Part shown: piece after piece, positions 58,508 through 64,000 of the stretch | Layout of the letters: every line of letters starts with the position of its first letter | How positions within the stretch are numbered: position 1 is the first letter of the stretch | Assembly: GCA_030765685.1 (NCBI GenBank) | Contig: JAVCCB010000015.1 | Span: forward strand, 8,113 to 72,112 | Direction of reading: 5' to 3' | DNA from: Candidatus Tantalella remota | Lineage (GTDB): Bacteria; Omnitrophota; Gorgyraeia; Tantalellales; Tantalellaceae | Length of the DNA stretch: 64,000 nt | Translations under genes and position numbers: made by a program | Notes under the pieces: model-generated | The model's input: the letters and a program-made list of their open reading frames with translations, nothing else | Database searches by the model: none | What the model was told of the DNA's origin: nothing

Positions 58508-58827
58508 GTTCGAGTTTGTCCCTGATATCCCGATATCCTAGTCCTTGATCCCCAGATTCCCTGATGTCCTGCTCCTACGAGTATCCAGGATCTGATGACT
58601 GGTTACTGGATCCCCGATGATTGCAATACAGTAAAGGTTTGTAAAACTAGGTTTATGGGTAGTTCTGTGAGGTCACTAGAGGGTTCCCAGGAGCCTTGAG
58701 AGGCGAGAAATGGTGCGTTCGGTCTTCTTATATTATTAATACTAAAAGAGCCCGAGAGGCCATTTTAAGCGAAAAAAGCAGTTTTTTCGCCATGCGGTTA
58801 AGGTGTAAAATAGCTAGAAATAAGGCT

Positions 58828-58855
58828 TTGACAAACTTTCCAAATATGATAAGAT
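58828..58855 (+). promoter_or_regulatory. Candidate sigma70 promoter for ORF3: TTGACA (58828-58833), 16-nt spacer, extended -10 TGaTAAGAT (58847-58855)
   Basis: Perfect -35 hexamer. The -10 hexamer is 4/6 with an upstream TG. About 125 nt upstream of ATG 58981. RBS GGGAG at 58973-58977. Confidence 0.45.
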
Positions 58856-58980
58856 AGTACAGTAATTAGCCATACAAAAAGTAAGAATTTTCCGAACTGT
58901 TTGGTGATCTTAAAAAGGTCAAGAACGGGAAGGGATTCGTATACTCTGAGAAAGTCAAACCCTTTAATAAGTGGGAGTTT

Positions 58981-61900
58981 ATGAGTAGAGATCACAAAAT
59001 TTTCAAAATTATCGCGCTTGTCGTCGCGGGTATTTTCCTGTATCAGCAGATAGTATGGGCCGCTGGGGATATGGCTAATACCGCGCATATGGCGTCAGGT
59101 GATCATGGCCTGCCCATTGCCGCGCCTATCAATATCTCAGAAGAGCTTGCCCAGACAGAGACTATACAGATCTCCGGTAGCGGTGAAACGATAATCAACA
59201 TTCAGGATTGTCACTCCTCTCTTTCAGCGCAGTATTCAATAGTAGAGATACTCGAAGAACTGATGAATAATTTTAACATGAACGTTGTCGCCGTCGAAGG
59301 CGGACACGGGTACCTTGATACGTCCATACTCAAGAGTATGCCGGACAGCGGGATCCGCGAAAAGACCGCTGAATACCTGATGAAAGAAGGCAGGATATCC
59401 GCCGGTGAATTTTTTGCCGCGACGACAGATAAAGATGTAGCTATATACGGTGTCGAGAATAACGACCTTTATCAGGAAAACGTAAACGTCTTTCGGGAGA
59501 TACACGCGGGAAACCGCTCTAACATAGAGGATATTAATTCTCTTATAGAGGAACTTAAAATAAAGGAAAAGGAAGTTTACTCAGACAGTCTGATAAAACT
59601 GGTATATAAGTCCCGTCTTCATCAGAGCGATAGGATAACCTTCGATGTGTATTGGGATTTCTTAAAGGACGCGTGCGAGGCGGCCGGGGTTGCCACGGAT
59701 CAGTACGTTAATATAAACAGTTTTACCGAGTCAGTACAGCTGGAAAAAAGCATAGATTTTGATAAGGCTACCGACCAGAGGAAAGCTCTTATCGGTCTTC
59801 TTATGGCAGAGCTGAATAAGGAAGGGCTGGAAGAACTTGTCTTAAAGTCTGTCTCTTTCGAGAAAGGGGAGATCGATCAGGCGGAGTACCATAGATGGCT
59901 TCTGGATTTTGCCGGGACAAGGTGGGTCGAGACCTCGGCCTTTACGGAGCTTTGCAAATTTTCAAAATATGCTACAGAGTACAGAAAGCTCGATGTGATA
60001 GGTCTTTCCAGAGAACTTGATGGGGCTGAAAAAGAACTTCTTAAAAGATCATTTTCATCCGATAAAGAAAAGGAGCTTTACAGACTTATCAGGATATTGG
60101 AACTTGTTAAGTCACTGTTCAATATAGAACTTTCGAGAGAAGATCTTAGCGCGTTGACGCGTTACCTGGAGATGGTCTCCGCGGAAGAATATACGGGATA
60201 TTCCAGGGAAGATGACCTCTCGGAGGAACGCCTGGATGGCATATTCGCTGAAGCGAAACAAGCGTTAGAGTTTTACCGCCTGGCAGAGATTCGTAATCAG
60301 GCTATGATCGAGAACACTGTCAAGGCTATGCGTGAAGAGGGACGGCAGGTAGCCGCGCTTATATCGGGAGGGCATCATGCTGAAGGCCTTACCGGAATAA
60401 TGAAGGAAAAAGGATTATCTTATTTAGTGCTTATGCCGAGGGTAACGGGAGACAAGTCCCGTCCGTATGTGGCTGTTCTTACGAAAAAGACCGGCCCGTA
60501 CAAGGAACTGATATCAAGCGGAGAGTACGATCTGGCGCTTCAGGCGCTGTTCGATTCGGGGTCTCTCGCGGAACTTGACGATATGTTCGTCTACTGGTAC
60601 GACCAGACGCTCGCCTCCGGAGAGGATATGCGGAAGGCCATCGATCAGATGGTGCTTAATTACAGAGATATACAGGAAGGTATTTCCGCATCCCGCCGCG
60701 CGGCCATGGATTTTGATCCGGTGAAACCGGAAGAGCTTAAGAATTATCTGGAGTCTATAACGAAGGACGAAGAGACAGGGTCGATAACGACGGAAAACGG
60801 AGTGTACAACGTAACGGAGAAGGGAATAAAGCTCGAAAGACGCGTTAAGAAAGTATCCAAGGATGAGATAACCGGCGCGGGTATGATACCCGCGATACGG
60901 TATATCCTGGAGAAGCGAAACATATCTCTTAAGCATCAGGCCTGGATGGAGCAGTCACTTTTCTGGGGGATAAACCTGAGTGTCGTCGGGATGATGTCAT
61001 CCAACGTCATGCTCGGGACGCTGATCACGTGGATGACATTCATGATGGCTCATTTTTTTAAGACTAAGGACATGCCAAACGCTCCTCCGTCGTCTTCGGT
61101 CATTACGGTAGGGCTCATAAACGCACTTTTCGCCGCCGCAAGCGTATCGTCCTTTAATATCCCGGTAATAATAATCTCTTTTATAGTAGCAACTCTTATC
61201 CACCATTTCGCGAATATCAAAGGCGAAGTGCCGGGGCTTAAATACGTTATAAATGCTTTTGAGAATCTGTCTTTCGTGAAAAGTATACGTTTGTCATTAG
61301 AGATCAAAGCCACCACGGATGAGAAGGAGAAGCTCGTTCTTATCGCGAGGAGACAGGGGCTTGAGTTGACCCCGGAAGACCTTAAGGACCTGGATGACCA
61401 GTTTTTCCGAAATGTTACGAGTACATTGCTGGAAAGCGCCCGGGAGATGCGTATGAGTCCCGGGATGCTGAAGGAATTATACAGACCGACGCGTGTTACG
61501 GAGATAAGCATACCGGTAAAAATGGATTCTGGAGAGACAAAGACATTTGACGGATACAGGATATTGCATAATGACGCGCGAGGGGCGGGTAAGGGAGGCA
61601 TAAGGTTCCATCCCGCTGTTACGCGTGGCATGGTAAGAGCTCTCGCTACCGATATGACATGGAAGAACGCTATAGTCGGTATACCGTTCGGCGGGGGAAA
61701 AGGCGGTATCACGGTCGATCCGAGAGAGATGTCAGAGACCGAGATGGAAAAGCTTTGCCGGGGGTATGTGAGGGAATTGCTTAAGAAAAATCCCAGAGCC
61801 ATAGGTGTTTTTGATGATGTGCCGGCTCCGGATGTCGGTTCCACCGCGCGGCACATGGCATGGATGCGTGACGAATACGAGAAGATAAAGGAAATAGAGG

Positions 61901-64000
61901 ATGATTCCGCCGCTGGCGTGATCACGGGGAAACCTATAGATCAGGGCGGGTCGGAAGGGCGTACGAAAGCGACAGGGCAGGGAGTGTATTTCGCGGCACG
62001 CGAAGCCATAAAAACTTTTGGCGATAATCTCGACATAGGGGCGGATATGACCAAATGCACCTACTCCTTTCAGGGAGCAGGTAATGTAGCTTTCGAAGCC
62101 ATAAAGATATTTTTCGCCGCCGGCTGTACGAAGATCCATTACATGAGCGACGTGTCGGGCGGAATACACATGACGAACGGCCTGGACGAAAAACTGCTCG
62201 CCGCGCTCGAGAAACATCTTTCCAGCAAAGCCCTTCTTGAGGAGTTCGAGTATGAAGGAGTAGAGCATGTTCCAGGCGCAGCGGTGCTGGAAGCCGATGT
62301 GGACGTACTTATACCGGCGGCTCTGCAGAACCAGATAACAGTCGAAAATGCCGATAAGGTTAAAGCCAGGCTTATCATTGAAGGGGCGAACGGTCCGACT
62401 ACTCCGGAAGCTGATGAGATACTTTTTAGTAATGGACAGGTAGCTGTCCCCGATATACTGGCTAATGCCGGTGGTGTAACGGTATCCTACCTGGAATGGT
62501 TACAGAATATACAGAGAGAACATTGGGCGCTTCCGGCTATAGATAAGATGCTGGAAGAAAGGATGTCGATAGCATTTATGAACGTGGTCAAGACTGCCCG
62601 CGCGTATAGGACTGATCTTCGTACGGGCGCGATGCTTCTGGCTCTCAAAAAGGCCGCGGATGCCGAGACGGCCAGAAAATTTGGGGCATCCCGGAATAAA
62701 AGGGAGAAAAGATCATATAGGTCAAAAGTAAACCTGTATTCTCCGGATACATTCGAAGAGCTTAATTTCATAATAGATAAAGGAAAATATAAGAAGCTTA
62801 TCAGAAACCTTGAGAGGCGCAAAAGGCGGGAGCTAGAGTATACGGTTCAGGAGATAGAGGAAAAGTTTTCAGGCGCGGAAGGAGTGGTGCTTATCACCGG
62901 TCCCGTAGCTGTAGGCAAAGCCGCATTGGCGCAAAACCTCAGGAGATCCCTTATGCTTAACGGCCGCAAAGCTAAGGTACTTCACCTGGACGGTCATGGA
63001 CATGATATCAGTGACGCTGAACGTCTTCTTAGCGGTGCTACTGTGGGCGTTAGTCCGGCGGAACAGTTCTATTATGAGGAAGACGTAGAAGAGCTCAAGC
63101 TTGAAGAGAATGACATACTTATTATAGAGGGTGCGGAAGCTTTCGCGCCGAAGATAACGGAACTGCTGGCTGGAAGAGGAAAACCCACATATAAGATTTT
63201 CATGAACACGGCGCCTTCGATGAAACTGAGGGACAACTATCCGCTGACCTCACTGCACGCACGCATGATGAGAGACATACTTGACAGAAGGATCACGGAG
63301 AACAAAAGACCGTCGGAGACGCTTTTGCCGATAGTAAGGGGGCGCAGCACTCAGTTGGATTTACTGTATCCGAGATGGGTGATGGCAGACAAGACCATAG
63401 GCGCATATATGCCATATGAACTTCCGATACTTAAAAGAGAGATCTGGGAGGATCTTCAGGAAGACCTTGAGAGTGTGCGGACGGAGCTGTTGCGCGCGAA
63501 AAAACACTCCGAACACAATAATTCTGAGTATATAGAGGAGATATCGACAGTTCTTAAGAATATGGAAGACCTTTATTATCTTCTTGAGCCCGTTGCGGCT
63601 GCGCCGGAAGATATTAATTTGCCTAAATGGTCCATAATGAGGCAGTTTCTGAGTCCGGAGAAGAAAGAAGAATTTAAGATGGTAGACCTTGTGAAGGCGG
63701 CCGGTCTTATCGTGGTGGCTGCTTTTGCTATGGCGGTGTTCACACCGCTGATATCAATGGCCGCGGATATGTCGGTGCCGAAAGCGGCATTGCTCTCATT
63801 GCTTCTATTAAGTTTCCTGGCAACGACGGGGCTCGGGGTGTATTCTATCGCAAAGGGAGGCGCCAGGGGACAGAGGAATGGAGCTTTGCTGGTTATGATC
63901 GCCATGCTGGGCGTGATCGTGGGCTCTTCCACATACCATATGGAATACGGCCTGCAGGCAGGTTCCCGGAGAGCAGAACAGACCGATCTCACGCAGAAGA
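58981..64000 (+). CDS. Third giant-type ORF, 3'-partial (>=1673 aa, runs off window end). Contains an N-terminal signal-anchor plus TraB/GumN-like module, a TM block, an ELFV-type glutamate dehydrogenase domain, a uridine-kinase-like P-loop domain and a C-terminal TM block.
   Basis: Translated codon by codon from ATG 58981 to the window end with no stop codon. Good RBS. Not listed in the ORF track only because it has no stop in the window. Confidence 0.9.
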   Translation, partial: MSRDHKIFKIIALVVAGIFLYQQIVWAAGDMANTAHMASGDHGLPIAAPINISEELAQTETIQISGSGETIINIQDCHSSLSAQYSIVEILEELMNNFNMNVVAVEGGHGYLDTSILKSMPDSGIREKTAEYLMKEGRISAGEFFAATTDKDVAIYGVENNDLYQENVNVFREIHAGNRSNIEDINSLIEELKIKEKEVYSDSLIKLVYKSRLHQSDRITFDVYWDFLKDACEAAGVATDQYVNINSFTESVQLEKSIDFDKATDQRKALIGLLMAELNKEGLEELVLKSVSFEKGEIDQAEYHRWLLDFAGTRWVETSAFTELCKFSKYATEYRKLDVIGLSRELDGAEKELLKRSFSSDKEKELYRLIRILELVKSLFNIELSREDLSALTRYLEMVSAEEYTGYSREDDLSEERLDGIFAEAKQALEFYRLAEIRNQAMIENTVKAMREEGRQVAALISGGHHAEGLTGIMKEKGLSYLVLMPRVTGDKSRPYVAVLTKKTGPYKELISSGEYDLALQALFDSGSLAELDDMFVYWYDQTLASGEDMRKAIDQMVLNYRDIQEGISASRRAAMDFDPVKPEELKNYLESITKDEETGSITTENGVYNVTEKGIKLERRVKKVSKDEITGAGMIPAIRYILEKRNISLKHQAWMEQSLFWGINLSVVGMMSSNVMLGTLITWMTFMMAHFFKTKDMPNAPPSSSVITVGLINALFAAASVSSFNIPVIIISFIVATLIHHFANIKGEVPGLKYVINAFENLSFVKSIRLSLEIKATTDEKEKLVLIARRQGLELTPEDLKDLDDQFFRNVTSTLLESAREMRMSPGMLKELYRPTRVTEISIPVKMDSGETKTFDGYRILHNDARGAGKGGIRFHPAVTRGMVRALATDMTWKNAIVGIPFGGGKGGITVDPREMSETEMEKLCRGYVRELLKKNPRAIGVFDDVPAPDVGSTARHMAWMRDEYEKIKEIEDDSAAGVITGKPIDQGGSEGRTKATGQGVYFAAREAIKTFGDNLDIGADMTKCTYSFQGAGNVAFEAIKIFFAAGCTKIHYMSDVSGGIHMTNGLDEKLLAALEKHLSSKALLEEFEYEGVEHVPGAAVLEADVDVLIPAALQNQITVENADKVKARLIIEGANGPTTPEADEILFSNGQVAVPDILANAGGVTVSYLEWLQNIQREHWALPAIDKMLEERMSIAFMNVVKTARAYRTDLRTGAMLLALKKAADAETARKFGASRNKREKRSYRSKVNLYSPDTFEELNFIIDKGKYKKLIRNLERRKRRELEYTVQEIEEKFSGAEGVVLITGPVAVGKAALAQNLRRSLMLNGRKAKVLHLDGHGHDISDAERLLSGATVGVSPAEQFYYEEDVEELKLEENDILIIEGAEAFAPKITELLAGRGKPTYKIFMNTAPSMKLRDNYPLTSLHARMMRDILDRRITENKRPSETLLPIVRGRSTQLDLLYPRWVMADKTIGAYMPYELPILKREIWEDLQEDLESVRTELLRAKKHSEHNNSEYIEEISTVLKNMEDLYYLLEPVAAAPEDINLPKWSIMRQFLSPEKKEEFKMVDLVKAAGLIVVAAFAMAVFTPLISMAADMSVPKAALLSLLLLSFLATTGLGVYSIAKGGARGQRNGALLVMIAMLGVIVGSSTYHMEYGLQAGSRRAEQTDLTQK
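59011..60560 (+). other. N-terminal module of ORF3 (anchor helix KIIALVVAGIFLYQQIVWAAG plus TraB/GumN-like domain), paralogous to ORF2 aa 40-580
   Basis: IINIQDCHSSLSAQYSIVEIL...NVVAVEGGHGYLDTSILK...EGRISAGEFFAAT...VAALISGGHHAEGLTGIMKEKGLSYLVLMPRVTGDKSRPYVAVLTKKTGPYKELISSGEYDLALQALF aligns block by block with the ORF2 N-terminus. Confidence 0.5.
61390..62680 (+). other. Glu/Leu/Phe/Val (ELFV)-family amino-acid dehydrogenase domain (glutamate-dehydrogenase-like), complete, embedded in ORF3
   Basis: PTRVTEISIPVKMDSGETKTFDGYRILHNDARGAGKGGIRFHPAV. IPFGGGKGGITVDP with the catalytic Lys (61687-61710). VPAPDVGST. Cofactor Rossmann segment FQGAGNVAFEA. C-terminal ANAGGVTVSYLEWLQN. Confidence 0.85.
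62884..63470 (+). other. P-loop NTPase domain resembling the uridine kinase / phosphoribulokinase family (Walker A has Ala instead of Ser/Thr; may be degenerate)
   Basis: VVLITGPVAVGKAALAQNL (GxxxxGKA). DILIIEGAEAF parallels dvvivEGilal. KIFMNTAPSMKLRDN...RMMRDILDRR parallels iFvDtdadvRLaRRi.RD. RPSETLLP...LLYPRWVMADKTI. Confidence 0.35.

Larger units (their letters stand above)
58264..58626. repeat. Array of pyrimidine-rich YCCYGAT motifs (about 8 copies) in two blocks (58264-58310, 58514-58626) flanking the IR and REP elements
   Basis: tgttcctgatgtccc, tcccgatacc, gtccctgatatcccgatatcc, tccttgatccccagattccctgatgtcc, tccccgatg. Confidence 0.5.

Noticed and set aside
606-63992. About 150 minus-strand ORFs of 60-311 aa inside the giant genes (e.g. 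8719-9459, 10981-11646, 14716-15525, 22993-23682, 38362-39153, 49957-50808, 54136-55071, 56632-57453, 61050-61925)
   Set aside because: They are all antisense to long, clearly coding + frames. Translations are low-complexity (Ser/Pro/Leu/Arg-rich) with no recognisable motifs or RBS. These are typical shadow ORFs of a GAR-rich sense strand.

Overview
About 92% of this 64 kb window is coding and belongs to three co-directional (+ strand) giant ORFs. All coordinates below were counted by hand from the sequence; domain boundaries are approximate.

- ORF1 (nt 2-24619, >=8190 aa) runs open to the 5' window edge, so its true start is probably upstream.
- ORF2 (26545-57873) is complete: 10442 aa, 31.3 kb.
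- ORF3 (58981->64000, >=1673 aa) runs open to the 3' window edge; I translated it codon by codon and found no stop.

Between ORF1 and ORF2 lies a 317-aa IS200/Y1-family transposase of the RayT (REP-associated) type, driven by a perfect sigma70 consensus promoter. The intergenic regions around ORF2 and upstream of ORF3 carry REP-like palindromes, short tandem repeats, and a structured inverted-repeat element with a C10 tract.

ORF2 and ORF3 share a paralogous N-terminal module of about 550 aa: a signal-anchor helix followed by a TraB/GumN-like domain. Recognisable enzyme or motor modules are embedded in the giant proteins between transmembrane blocks:
- ORF1: a PPP-type metallophosphatase, a SecA-like ATPase motor with DEAD motor, preprotein-crosslinking-like and NBD2 motifs, and a C-terminal membrane-embedded GT2 synthase-like module.
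- ORF2: an HExxH motif, a GH5-like (clan GH-A) glycosidase, an NTP-transferase-like region with a hexapeptide beta-helix, a GalT-branch HIT (HxHxQ) motif, and a PEP-utilizer phosphohistidine domain followed by a PPDK_N-like ATP-grasp.
- ORF3: a complete ELFV-type glutamate dehydrogenase domain and a uridine-kinase-like P-loop domain.

No rRNA, tRNA or CRISPR was found. The architecture matches the giant-gene loci reported from Candidatus Omnitrophota-like predatory or episymbiotic bacteria; that taxonomic attribution is inference only. Many antisense ORFs in the track are low-complexity shadows of the giant genes.
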